The translations under genes were made by a program, and so were the position numbers. The notes below the pieces were generated by a model that saw only the letters and a program-made list of their open reading frames with translations, did no database searches and had not been told where the DNA came from. Shown one piece after another: positions 1-11,217 of a DNA stretch of 64,000 nucleotides (its first letter is position 1; each line of letters opens with the position of its first letter). Source of the DNA: Octopus vulgaris (lineage: Eukaryota); the NCBI GenBank assembly GCA_951406725.2, contig OX597833.1, positions 30,380,001 to 30,444,000 of the forward strand, given 5' to 3'.

Positions 1-83
1 GAGAAAAACTCCAGTGCTCCCCTATCACCACTAGTTTGCTTGCTTGACAGTTACTTTTGAACACAAACTGTCTTTCCTGTAAT

Positions 84-125
<42 letters not shown>

Positions 126-199
126 GTGTTTTTACATCAATATGAAGCAGAGAAAACAATAGCTGTGTCCCAACAAACAAATAGTACCTCAAGCCAAGC

Positions 200-720
200 C
201 AGAGCTATATCCATGCAAGGTGATGACCTATATTAGGTGAGATTGGAAAGAGCTAATCCACTACAAAAATGCTTGAAAACAACCACACAGACAATGTAGA
301 GCATCATGTTCAGCAAATGCACTGGCTTAATGAGGCAATCCAGTGAAATGACCTGACCAATGACATGGCATACTTCTTCAACACAACAATGTTCACTGCC
401 ACATCACTAATTTGACCAAAAATGCTATTCAAGAGCTTGACTAGGAAGTTCTTTCACGCTCACCATATTCTCTTAATATAGTGCCTGCAGATTATCATCT
501 TTTACAGTCAGTCTCTGTGAAGCTTTTTCAATGATGTGGAGCTGAAAACATTGTGCAATGAATTATTTGAGTTAACAGCCAGTGATTTCTACTTTTAAGG
601 AATAGACAGTCTAGTGAAACATATGCAAGAAGTTGTGAACAATGAAGACAATATATTCTTGACTGATTTGTTAAAATTGTTGATGAAAAATAAGGATGAA
701 AATAAAAGGGGAAAAAACGA
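200..720 (+). mobile_element. Degenerate mariner transposase remnant
   Basis: Translates to LQHNN...EVLSRSPYSLNIVPADYHL, a decayed HPPYSPDLAPSDYHLF mariner motif. Boundaries approximate. Confidence 0.6.
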
Positions 721-955
721 ATTTGTCTGAACCCCCCTCCCCACACACACACATCGATATTTCATTTAGGCATAATGATACAAATAACCTTGTGTGAGAA
801 CTCAATATACATATGCTCCAATGAAACTGTAAGGTGATACCTGAGCACTCAGCTTTAATTGCACTGCATCTTATAGTAGAAACAGCTGTGAGCTAATGAA
901 GTTCATTATATAATTTCTAGTTCTCTTGTCATTTATTTAATTTCTGATATATATA

Positions 956-1795
956 TAGGGTGCAGTGGGTAAAATATTGCCATTTTATATTTTTAATTTT
1001 GCCCATTCTCATTGTTTATTTTTAATTTTATCAACTACACATTACTGTAGGGTCAGTTGGGCACCATCTGTGAGAAAAACCATTCCATGAGGCAACTCAC
1101 TCTGTCAGAAATTTGGAAATGACATGCTGTACTGCTTGGCATTCATGCCAGAATCTCCAATATGAACATTTCAGAGTGTTTGGGTGTCAATCTGAGAACA
1201 GTGCATGTACCGAGAGTGATAAAAATCAAACATCTAATCAACATGGAGTGCTTGGAGTGTTCGCTAGTGAGGGCATAGTTATGTTTCCATTCATCTTCCC
1301 ACATGGCCTACATCAAGTGCCTGGAGGAGGTAGTGCGACCCTGGGTGAAGAGAGTGGCTGCTAGAAGACCCTATGTCTGGCAACAGAACTCTGCACCATG
1401 CCACACAAGCAGGGGAACCCAGTCATGGCTGTCAGAAAATTTCTGTGACCACATCATCCCTAACATCTGGCCACCTAAATCCCCACACTGCAACCTCTTT
1501 GAATATTATGCATGGGGTGCAGTTGAGCGAGAGACTAACAAAACTCCTTGTAACACCAAACATACACTGAAGGCAAGGATTATGGCAGCATTCACCAACT
1601 TAAATAGAAATGTTGCAAGGGATTTCAAAGTCGTCTGGTGGCCATGGTTGAAGCCAATGGCGATTTTATTGAATAAATTTACTCTAATATTTCAAGATAT
1701 TTTTATGTAATTGAGGTAAATATATCTGTTAAAATAAGATCAGTGTTATTTTCATTTTTGCGTAATTTATACAACATTTTATTCACCGCACCCTG
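956..1795 (+). mobile_element. Internally deleted Tc1/mariner element, DD37D (maT)-like
   Basis: TIRs agggtgcagtgggtaaaatattg / caacattttattcaccgcaccctg with TA flanks. ORF 1303..1710 has WQQNSAPCH...WPPKSPHCNLFEY, with 37 residues between the two (mutated) catalytic positions. Confidence 0.8.
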
Positions 1796-2606
1796 TATAT
1801 ATGTATATATATATATATATATATAATATCTCATGTGTACACAAATAGATGTAAGACTGCTACTGTTGTGTTGAGAGCTCCACATAAATTATCGTATTCT
1901 AATCTACTTCCAGTATGCCGGTTAAGTAACTACTTTACTATTAGTGTATCTCATTACTATTACTAGTAATGATACAGAGCAAATCTAGAGAAATTAAGAT
2001 AATCACAGGTTTATATATTAGTTCTTACATACATTATGGTTGCTTGGAAACCAGCATTTGTGTATTCCAAATGCATTTGGATGCTTAAGTAGAATGAATC
2101 ATCAGAGAACACTTTACTGCATTAAGATACAAAGAAATAATGTCAAAGGATAGGTTAATGGTGAAGTGTCTTATAGTCATTTTGAAAAGAAAATAGAAGG
2201 AAAGCAGCATTGAAAAAGAAAAAGAAAAATTGGGTGGAGAAGCAAGAGAGAGTGGAACTGTGAATAAGAGACAGAGAAGACAAATTGAGAATAAAGAGAG
2301 TACTTATGTAAAAAAATATTATTATTACTTTTCAGTAAAATCCAACCTTGCTTTCCATCAAATTTTATGAAAGATGAATGAAAGGTCTACACCTATCTAG
2401 AAGGTGTAGTCTGATAACAAGAACTGGGGGAAGGCATTTGCTTCTGGCATGTCGTAATTTAAGATTGCATCTAGAGAAACCTGAATCCCTCTATGTTGCC
2501 ATTTTGGGGCTCCTCTCTTGTTATTTCTTTTTTGTTCTATATTGTATATGTATACATATGCATGCATATGTATATATGTATGTATGCATTTATGTCTATA
2601 TACATA

Positions 2607-3180
2607 GGTGCAGCCATTGCTATGTGGTAAGAAGCTTACTTCCCAACCACATGGTTCCAGGTTCAATCCTTGGAAGGATTGAGGGCAAAGTTGACTTCTA
2701 TGTGATTTGAGTTCAGAATGGAAAGAGCCAGAACAAATACTAATAATAACAGATTTTAAATTAGACAAAAGGTCATTAGTTTGGTTATGGTAGTGGTGGT
2801 GGATTAACAATTGATTATATCAACCAGACTACTAAACTGATGCTTTATTTTATTGAGCCTGGTGAGGTGAAAGATGAATTGAGTCTGACAGGAGCTCAAA
2901 ACATAAAGAACAAGAAATACTTGTTTCAAGTTTTTGCACAAGGCCAGCAATTTCAGGGAGAGGCTAAGTTGATTACTTTGACTCTTGTGCTTTTTTATTG
3001 ACCATGAAAGGATGAAAGCAAAGTTGACCCTGACAGCATTTAACCTAGAACATAATGATGGACAAAATGCCGCTAAGCATTTTGCCCTATGCACTAATGA
3101 TTCTGCCAGCTTTCTACCTTCAGCAGCAGGAACTACTGCAAAGCATTTTGCTCAACACTGTAACAGTTTTGCCAGTCCAT
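2607..3180. mobile_element. Cluster of tRNA-derived SINE fragments
   Basis: B-box-like ggttcaatcc at about 2660. Reverse-strand pieces (ggcaaagttgac...gagttcagaa; gctaagcattttgcc) match the copies at 17.9-18.9 kb. Confidence 0.6.
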
Positions 3181-3320
3181 CACTCTAATTTTTTTGTTTT
3201 TTATCATTTTTTAAAAAACTTTATTGTTTTTATTGTTGTTATACATACATATTCTTGTGTGTGTGGTGTGGTGTGTGTGTATATATATATCCTTAAATAC
3301 TTTTTCTCCCTCTTTTACAG

Positions 3321-3421
3321 GATGACCATCTACTTCTCATCGCTCGGCGTTGTCATATCTTACTTTACCTTAATATTTCTCACACACTTATAACTGATAC
3401 AGCTTTAAGAATAATTGCTCG
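3321..3421 (+). CDS. FBXL13: FBXL13-like internal exon A (DDHLLLIARRCHILLYLNISHTLITDTALRIIA-R)
   Basis: ttttacAG acceptor, GTatga donor, 101 nt, phase 0->2. Confidence 0.88.
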
Positions 3422-3624
3422 GTATGATTAATTATTTGCTAATCCTTTTAATATTTGGGTTATTTTCTTTTTTTGTTTATTTTGTTGGGGGTTAAAAGTC
3501 TGAAAAATTATTTTCTGTATCTCTTTTCTGCTCTCTCTGTGAACATAATTATATTGACATTTAAACAAACTATATTTGACTTTTATTGACCTATGTTCAA
3601 GTTTTTTTTAACATATTCAGTAAG

Positions 3625-3891
3625 TCAGCAGCTGGGTGCGTTGACCGGAAGCTGGGGCAACCGGAAGGGGCAGCTGTCAGGCGTGCGCAGGCAGAGGTCA
3701 ATTGGGCCTTTCCAACGTGGGTCGTCCAGGTGACAAGACGTGTGAGGACGGTCGCTAAGGGTTTGGGTGAGCAGCTGCTATCTTTAGTGTTCGGGTCAGG
3801 GCTGTGTCGAAGGATTAGCTACCACAGAAGGGTCTCCATCACGAGGAAGAGAAGGCAGGTGCCTTTATATTCAAATCGTGCACACACCACA
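3625..3891 (+). repeat. 5' LTR (first 12 bp missing)
   Basis: Matches 7525..7791 with 7 mismatches by my count; ends CCACA. Confidence 0.92.
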
Positions 3892-3944
3892 AGCTATTTC
3901 GGCAGTTCTTAAACATTTACATTTCAACACGATTCGTCGCCACG

Positions 3945-4685
3945 ATGTCTGCAAAAATTAGGATCGCCAGCGACGTCGTCAGACCTTTTAATGGTGAAGG
4001 CGATGTAGTGGCCTGGATTCGCAAAATCAGGCTGGTGGCAAGACTGCAAGGTATAAGTGATGTGGCAAGTCTTATAGTGCTGTATTTAGAAGGGAGTGCC
4101 TTAACGCTATACCTTGAGATGGATGAAGAGGAACGGCTCAGCGAGGAGAACATAGAGCGACGCTTGCGGGATGCCTATACGGAATGCGAATACACAGCTT
4201 TTGCTAAGCTAGGTGCAATCAGGTGGACGGGAAGCCAAGTGGATGACTATGCAGCAGAAGTTAGAAGGTTAGCGACTCTGGCTGGGTTTGTGGTAGAAGG
4301 GCTGGAGAGAGCAGCCCGGCTGGCATTTGTGAATGGGTTCCCCGACAATGTAGGGATTCACCTACAACGACTGTCCGGGATTAAAAAGATGGTGCTGAGC
4401 GAACTCGTGGCTCAGGCCCGCGTGTTGATGAGACACTCTGGGTGGAAGGCGATGGCGGTGACGGAGGTGCGTAAAGACGTCCGACGTCCTGAGAAAGATG
4501 TACAGAAGCTTATCGTGCTACGAGAGCGGCCGTTCTCAGGACGGTGTTTTAGATGTCAGGGACCGCACATGGCGCGGGACTGTACGCAGCCGGGGCCCGT
4601 TTGCTATCGATGCAGGCAGACAGGGCACATTGCCCGTGATTGCGACCAGGGAAACGATCCCGGGGAAGTTGCCGCAAACGAGTAG
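3945..4685 (+). CDS. Gypsy Gag with two CCHC zinc knuckles
   Basis: CFRCQGPHMARDC and CYRCRQTGHIARDC. Confidence 0.9.
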   Translation: MSAKIRIASDVVRPFNGEGDVVAWIRKIRLVARLQGISDVASLIVLYLEGSALTLYLEMDEEERLSEENIERRLRDAYTECEYTAFAKLGAIRWTGSQVDDYAAEVRRLATLAGFVVEGLERAARLAFVNGFPDNVGIHLQRLSGIKKMVLSELVAQARVLMRHSGWKAMAVTEVRKDVRRPEKDVQKLIVLRERPFSGRCFRCQGPHMARDCTQPGPVCYRCRQTGHIARDCDQGNDPGEVAANE

Positions 4686-6749
4686 AGGCGCTATTTGGAG
4701 ATGCTGCCATTGATTGACGTGGAGGCCGAGGGGAAGACGTTCAAGGCCCTCGTGGATACGGGCTGTATGTCCACAATTGTGACTTTGAGGGTGACGAAGG
4801 AATGGAACGGGGTGAGTAGTGTCCGGGCAGTCGACGGCAGCGAAATCCGTTGCAGAGGCAGCAGCAAGGTAGAGATAGTGGTGCGTGGCGCAATGCTAAG
4901 GCTGCAGGCAATTGTGGCCGAACGCGTGATAGATGGAGTTGATGTGGTGATGGGGATGGATGCCATCAACTGCCTCGGTGGCGTCAGTGTTGTGGGAAAT
5001 GAGGTCACGTTCGGAAGCGTGGGGGCGTCGTGCACTGCGAGTCAGGATCGCCAGAGAGAGCAGAGCCCCGCGAGGGACTGCGCCGCTTACACCATTGAGG
5101 ACAAAGACTTTCAGGCAGCGTTTGATGGTCAGCGGTGGACGATAGAGTGGCGATGGAAGGACGAGCCCCCGACGCTGGAAAACAGGGTGAGCTGTTACCA
5201 GCATACCCTGAAAGGCCATGCCAGGGTCAAGTTTGAAGACGAGGTGGAGAGGTGGATCGAGGAAGGGGTCCTTGTCCCTTGGAAGGAGGAGGTAGCGGGT
5301 GGAGTGCTACCCCTGATGGCGGTGGTGCAGCCTACGAAGGGAAAAGTCAGACTGATGCTGGACTTCAGGGAGCTAAACCAGCACATATCGTGTCACACAG
5401 GAGGTGAGGTGACAGACGTTTGTGGCGAAGCGTTACGTAAGTGGAGACAGTCGACCGAGGCAGCGACGATTGTCGACTTGAGATCGGCATACTTGCAGCT
5501 CCATGTGAGCGACAAACTGTGGCGATATCAGCTGGTGCAGTACAAGGGCCAGACGTACTGTTTAACCAGGCTGGGTTTTGGGCTGAATTCCGCTCCGAAG
5601 ATCATGGCGGCAGTGCTTAGGTCCATCCTAGGGAAAGACGGCAAGATTAGAAAGGCCACCAGCTCCTACATTGATGACATTTTGGTGGACGAAACTGTAG
5701 TGCCAGCCGACGAGGTAGTTAGTCATCTGGAGAAGTTCGGACTGATTGCTAAGCCACCGGAGTCGATTGAAGGGGGAGCCGCGCTGGGGCTGAAGCTGCG
5801 AAGAGATGGATTGGGTGAATTGGTGTTCCGGAGAGGAAATGATATCCCAGAGCTGAGTTCCAGCGTCAGCAGGAGGGAGCTGTTCTCGGTGTGTGGGAAG
5901 TTGGTCGGTCACTACCCTATCGCTGGATGGCTGCGCATGGCGTGTAGTTACACCAAGAGACGAGCAGAAGGGGAGAGGTGGGGCGACAAAGTGGAAGAAG
6001 GGACGGTGGCGATGATGCAGGAAATCCTAGAGAGGACGAGAGCGGAAGACTCGGTCAGGGGGATCTGGTACGTGCCCAAGACGGAATGCGGGACCATCTG
6101 GTGTGATGCCAGCAGTATAGTGATAGGGGTGGTGTTGGCAATCGAAGGCGCTGCGGTGGAGGACGCGGCCTGGCTTTGGAAAGCAGATGATTTCAACCAC
6201 ATCAATGTCGCCGAATTAGACGCGGTGCTAAAAGGGGTGAACTTGGCCTTGAAATGGGGGCTGCGCACGATTGAAATCCGGACGGATTCGGCCACTGTGC
6301 TTGGCTGGTTAGGATCGGTGATCACCGGTGAAAGGAGAGTGCGGACGAAAGGTGCTGCGGAGATCTTAGTGAAGCGCCGTCTAGGAGTTCTAGGTGAATT
6401 GATCGCCGAGTTTGGACTGAAGCAGAGCGTGGTTTTCGTGCCTTCAGAGAAAAACAGGGCGGATGTACTGACCAGGGTGAAAAGAGCATGGTTGGAAGAA
6501 CCGGAGGAGGCCCCGAAAGGGATAGCTGCGGCGTGTCGGTTGGATGACTCTGAACTGAAGAAACTGCATGCTATGCATCACCTGGGTGTGGACAGGACCC
6601 TGTATCTGCCGAAGAAAATTGATGCTGACGTCACTAGGAGAAGCATCCGGAAGGTGGTCGGGAGCTGCGACAGGTGTCAGTCCATCGACCCTGCTCCGTG
6701 TGGGCATGAACAGGGAAGCCTTTCCGTGGAGCAGAACTGGAAAGGCTAG
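4686..6749 (+). CDS. Gypsy Pol: protease, RT, RNase H and integrase zinc finger
   Basis: LVDTG protease; DFRELN, LGFGL and YIDD RT motifs; WCDASS...ELDA...TDS RNase H; HAMHH...CDRC. Confidence 0.92.
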   Translation, partial: RRYLEMLPLIDVEAEGKTFKALVDTGCMSTIVTLRVTKEWNGVSSVRAVDGSEIRCRGSSKVEIVVRGAMLRLQAIVAERVIDGVDVVMGMDAINCLGGVSVVGNEVTFGSVGASCTASQDRQREQSPARDCAAYTIEDKDFQAAFDGQRWTIEWRWKDEPPTLENRVSCYQHTLKGHARVKFEDEVERWIEEGVLVPWKEEVAGGVLPLMAVVQPTKGKVRLMLDFRELNQHISCHTGGEVTDVCGEALRKWRQSTEAATIVDLRSAYLQLHVSDKLWRYQLVQYKGQTYCLTRLGFGLNSAPKIMAAVLRSILGKDGKIRKATSSYIDDILVDETVVPADEVVSHLEKFGLIAKPPESIEGGAALGLKLRRDGLGELVFRRGNDIPELSSSVSRRELFSVCGKLVGHYPIAGWLRMACSYTKRRAEGERWGDKVEEGTVAMMQEILERTRAEDSVRGIWYVPKTECGTIWCDASSIVIGVVLAIEGAAVEDAAWLWKADDFNHINVAELDAVLKGVNLALKWGLRTIEIRTDSATVLGWLGSVITGERRVRTKGAAEILVKRRLGVLGELIAEFGLKQSVVFVPSEKNRADVLTRVKRAWLEEPEEAPKGIAAACRLDDSELKKLHAMHHLGVDRTLYLPKKIDADVTRRSIRKVVGSCDRCQSIDPAPCGHEQGSLSVEQNWKG

Positions 6750-6755
6750 CCGTGG

Positions 6756-7499
6756 ATGACACACTACCTTCAGCGAATGTACCTCTCCATCGTCGACTGC
6801 GGGCCGGGCTGGCTGGCCATTTGGAGGGAGTTGAGATCAGGCATTGCTGACGAGATCGCGCAGATCCTGAACGGGATATTCTTAGAGAGAGGTCCCGTGG
6901 AAGAACTACTGATGGACAATGGGGCGGTGTTTCGTTTGGAAGCATTGAGGGTTATGCTTGATCGGTGGAATGTGCGACGCTTGTTCAGAGCAGCGTATAG
7001 GCCGAGCGGTAACGGGATCGTGGAGAGGCACCATCGGACAGTCAAGGCCATAGCTGAAAGAGGGCACATTTCACCGCTTGAAGCATTTTTTTGGTACAAC
7101 TTGTCTCCCCGATCTGGACAAGCTGAAGAATCTGTGCCGCAGAGAGCTGTGTTCAAATATGAATGGAGGCACCCGAGCAAAGCGCCGGAGGATCACGAGG
7201 AAGAGAAGGGACCCGTTCGCGTGAAAATAGGGGAGGAAGTCTGGGTCAAGCCACCAAAGGCGCGCTGTACGTCTCAATGGAGCAGAGGAACGGTGATGGC
7301 GGTCAATTCCAGAAACAACGTATCCGTAGATGGAACGCCACGACATGTCTTGGACCTTCGCAGGATTGTCGCTTCGACGGACGACGATTCAGGAGAGGGG
7401 GAGAACAAGGAGCCCAGCTTGAGAAGATCTCGACGAACAAGGCGCACTCCTGGTTGGATGGTGGACTACGACATGGAGCGGAGAGATTGTGATCTTTAA
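6756..7499 (+). pseudogene. Gypsy integrase core and C-terminus, separated from Pol by a TAG
   Basis: LMDNG...SGNGIVERHHRT DDE core. The first catalytic D (RLAVDVTH) is disrupted by small deletions. Confidence 0.85.
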
Positions 7500-7512
7500 G
7501 ATCAGGGTGGCG

Positions 7513-7791
7513 TGTGGGATGACATCAGCAGCTGGGTGCGTTGACCGGAAGCTGGGGCAACCGGAAGGGGCAGCTGTCAGGCATGTGCAGGCAGCGGTCA
7601 ATTGGGCCTTTCCAACGTGGGTCATCCAGGTGACAAGACGTGTGAGGACGGTCGCTAAGGGTTTGGGTGAGCAGCTGCTATCTTTAGTGTTCGGGTCGGG
7701 GCTGGGTCGAAGGATTAGCTACCACAGAAGGGTCTCCATCACGAGGAAGAGAAGGCAGGTGCCTTTATATTCAAATCATGCACACACCACA
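7513..7791 (+). repeat. 3' LTR (279 bp, TGTGG...CCACA)
   Basis: 5-bp terminal inverted repeat; preceded by purine-rich agggtggcg (PPT-like). Confidence 0.92.
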
Positions 7792-7943
7792 CTGATTTTG
7801 TGTTTATACTTCTCAATATAATTTACTACTAGAGTTCAAGGAATAGAGGTCGTTTTCATGCAAAGTATGAAACAAAATTTCACTGATGTTAAATTTACTT
7901 GCATTATTTATTTTTCCCTTGTCTCCTTATTCACTTTTTTAAG

Positions 7944-8073
7944 GTACCTCAGTAACTTGCTTTGTTTAAGTTTGGCATATTGCAGAAGGTTCACAGACAA
8001 AGGAATGACTTACCTGGCACAAGGAGAATGCTGTAAGAATTTAGAACATTTAGATCTTTCAAATTGTCTTCAG
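7944..8073 (+). CDS. FBXL13: FBXL13-like exon B (YLSNLLCLSLAYCRRFTDKGMTYLAQGECCKNLEHLDLSNCLQ)
   Basis: ttttttaAG acceptor, GTatat donor, 130 nt, phase 2->0. Confidence 0.92.
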
Positions 8074-8879
8074 GTATATAATATATATTTCCATTTTATT
8101 TTTAATTTTTAAAAATTAATTCATTAGTTATATGTGTATGCACCTATATGAGTGTGTATTAATAAGTGTGTGCGTGTTCTTATGTATGTGTGATGGGTAC
8201 AAACACTGCTGAAAATTCAAGAAATTTGTTTTACAATTGTAGGCTTCCATGTTTAATCTATGTGGTACCTTGGGCAAGTGTTTTATTCTATAGCTCTGGT
8301 TCCAGCCAAACCTTATGAGTGAAGAGGATAAATGGAAGTGACAATGAACTGGAACTGCAATTCAGGATGTCAGCTCTGTCACAAACAGTGTCATGCTGAG
8401 TCTGCCTGAAGGTACATAGACCCGTGGTATATTCAGCCACTTACAGTAAAGAGTTGGTAATTCAGTTGATCAAACAAATAGAATACTCATCATGGAAGCT
8501 GACTAAATGTGCATGCTTAGGTAAGGTGGGTGCATGGTTACTTAAGAGGTGAGCCAAAACTTTTACAATATTTGCATATGTGCTAGTTTGCAATGTGTGT
8601 ATCATGTGACTGAAGCAGTTCAAGCTGTGGAAGTTACCCGCTAAGGTTGATAGTGTTGTGATAGTTGGTGCACCAAGAAAGATGTGTTCAGTTTCCAGTA
8701 TCAGGTCTCTGTTTATGCAACCTATCTAGGTAGATCATACAGGTCACAAATTTGTGATCTGAGTAGTCAGCAACTTTGAACTGTGCTCGTGATGCTGTTT
8801 GTTCATGTCTATACTGATACATCATGAAATACAGTTAGTACCTTCAGCCATTTTGAAATGACTGAACAAGCTTGCAAGG

Positions 8880-9850
8880 CTTTTACATTCCTTACCCTAT
8901 CTCTTAGCCTAACACAATCCAGGTATGCATCTAAGATCATATTCCAATCGTCCATAAGCAGTAAAGAGTGGAGTGTTCCCAGAAAAACTGAACACCTGAA
9001 GAAATCTAGCTACTCTGACCCAGATCAGACATAAACAGCAACTAGTCTAAAGGCACCACCTTCGCCAATGTTCATGTCCAGGATCATCAGCTTACCATCT
9101 GGGTCAAGGAAGATCAACTGTATCTCAAGGCCCAGGTTTTTCCAAAGCAGCACCACCACCCCATTCCCACATTCTGGGTGAAGTAAGATGTGTGGAGACC
9201 TTGAAATTACCAAAAATGTGTGCTAATGTGTGTGTTAGAAATACTGGTCTTGCTGATGGCTATCACATCCAAACCTAGGGATCTTAGTTCTTTGAGCATG
9301 CATCTCTGCTTCCAGTGTGACCTCAGGTCATGTGCCTTTATGCATCCCATTCTGAGATTCACCATGTTAAGTGAAATATAAAGAGGAAAAGGAGATGGGT
9401 TACTTGGACATTGGCTGACTCTGTCTCCATGGTGTTTTCAGCTTTCTATGGAAAACTCTTTAGGAGTCTGTTCTTGGCTCTTACATTCGGACTTCTCACA
9501 TCATTAGGCAAAGTCCCCTACGGTATTTTATGTCTCCAAGTCCAGCCTTGTTATTTTCAAATTGTGTAGCATTTTGAAAGTGCTGACCCCTCCTTTTGTC
9601 TCATGTTTTCCTTTTGTGTTTTAGACTTGTTTTAATTAGTTATATTTATTATATATCAGTTTTAGATTTGTGTTTCTTATTAGCAGAAAGTTTGTGGGTG
9701 GGTGTGTTTCATTAATGTTGTGTTTGCATTTCAGTCTACTGTGTGTGATTTTTTTTGTCAATATGGGTTGTGGTGGTGGTGGTGGTGAAGTTGTGAATTT
9801 GTTAGTGTTTGGTATGAGTGTGGTTTTAGTGATGCTGTCATAGCTCATTC
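8880..9850 (-). mobile_element. Old degenerate Tx1/L1-like LINE fragment (ORF1 end and endonuclease)
   Basis: ORF 9025..9213 (GVVVLLWKNLGLEIQLIFLDPDGKLMILD...FRLVAVY) is homologous to the APE at 13212..14495. Confidence 0.75.
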
Positions 9851-9858
9851 AGATTTTT

Positions 9859-10824
9859 GGATCTTTTCCTTTTGAACGGCAGACAATTTCTAGTTAACTA
9901 AACACTTTAAAACTTTGTATACTGGTAGAATGTGTCAAAATAAAACATTTTTTTCTCTTGGCTTTCTTGAGAAAATTGTAATTTGTTTTTCCTATGCTCT
10001 CTTTTGAGCTAAAATCATTTGCTGCATCTAAAACTGAGACAACATCCTGTAACTACCCCCCCCCCCCAACCCTAACCCCCAATTTTTTTTTTCTTAATTG
10101 TTAAATTAATTTAATTGCTATGCGTATAAAAAAAACTAAAGCAATGGAAAATAATTTAAACAATTAACATACAAAATAATTCTATAATTTTATACACACG
10201 CTTTCCGTATGTATACGGAAAGCGTGTGTATAAAATTATAGAATTATTTTGTTTGCTAATTGTTTAAATTATTTTCCATTGCTTTAGTTTTTTTTATACG
10301 CATAACAATTAAATTAATTTAACAATTAAGAAAAAAAAATTTAAGGTTGGGGGGAGGGGGGAGGGTGACCTCGGTCTACACTTGATCCATGGGTTCAGTT
10401 TGTTAAACGATGTGAACTGTGGAAATAACAGCTTGACGAACGGAGACCACACCTGCTCACCGTCCAGGTAAATCCAGAGGTGCCTAAGCCTGAGCGCATG
10501 TCTGCGCATTTTTAGCCACAGCATCCCTAACCCACCCTTCAGCGGCTTTTGGCAGCCTTACAAGAGGTCTGCTGCCCCTCTACAAAATGTTGTCTCAGTT
10601 TTAGACGCAGCAAATGTTGTTTACCTAAATGGAGGTAATTGATTGGTTAAAATTGCCGAAATGCTCGGATTTTCAGATGAAATATCTTACAAACTATAGA
10701 ATTTTCTCAATAAAACCAAGAGAAAATGATGTTTTATAAACACATTCTACCAGTATACGAAGTTTAAAAGTGTTTAGTTAACTAGAAATTGTGTTGACAT
10801 CTGCTGTTCAAAAGGAAAAGATCC
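9859..10824. mobile_element. Non-autonomous TIR DNA transposon, Merlin-like
   Basis: Termini GGATCTTTTCCTTTTGAAC...GTTCAAAAGGAAAAGATCC with imperfect inverted similarity over about 120 bp. Flanks agattttt/atattttt (7/8) suggest an 8-bp TSD. GG termini plus an 8-bp TSD fit Merlin; the superfamily call is inference. Confidence 0.75.
10056..10366. repeat. Near-perfect AT-rich palindrome, about 150-bp arms, 2-nt centre at 10211-10212
   Basis: ...atacacacgctttccgtat GT atacggaaagcgtgtgtat..., bounded by C-rich and G-rich tracts. Confidence 0.92.
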
Positions 10825-10959
10825 ATATTTTTTGTATTTTGGATTTGCTTAGCTGTCCCTACTCACAAAATGAAATTTCCATGTCAGAAAAATTCAATGC
10901 AGGAGTGAGTGGAGATATGTTTAAATGAGTGTCTATGTGTGTGCTTGAGAAAGTTGGAA

Positions 10960-10999
<40 letters not shown>

Positions 11000-11217
11000 T
11001 ATTTCTTTATTTACCATAAGGTTGAGGAAAAGAGGGGACAAAACAAACGGGGTCAGGGTATCGAATGAGACAAAACATATGAATAAACAAACAATTAAAA
11101 TATATACAATTAAATGAGAATGAGTGAATAACAAAAAATGAAGCGGAGGACGTGGTTGACCCCACAAACCACATACTCACACTGAAGACTTTGCTTTCTC
11201 CTTTTTCACATTCTTGA

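Larger units (their letters stand above)
3625..7791 (+). mobile_element. Ty3/Gypsy LTR retrotransposon, near full length, in the intron after exon A
   Basis: Direct LTRs exactly 3900 bp apart. Domain order gag-PR-RT-RH-IN. GC-rich relative to the host flanks. Confidence 0.95.

Noticed and set aside
2378-2710. ORF containing ACRNL, similar to the FBXL13 CRNLQEL repeat
   Set aside because: No LRR continuation and no phase-compatible splice sites; it runs into simple repeats and SINE sequence.
3586-3912. Duplicated ORFs of about 110 aa (also 7489..7821)
   Set aside because: Fortuitous frames across the two LTRs.
4691-7346. Multiple antisense ORFs within the Gypsy element
   Set aside because: Shadow ORFs of a GC-rich coding strand.
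10056-10366. Palindrome as another hammerhead element
   Set aside because: No CUGAnGA box seen on either strand; it is internal to a TIR element.
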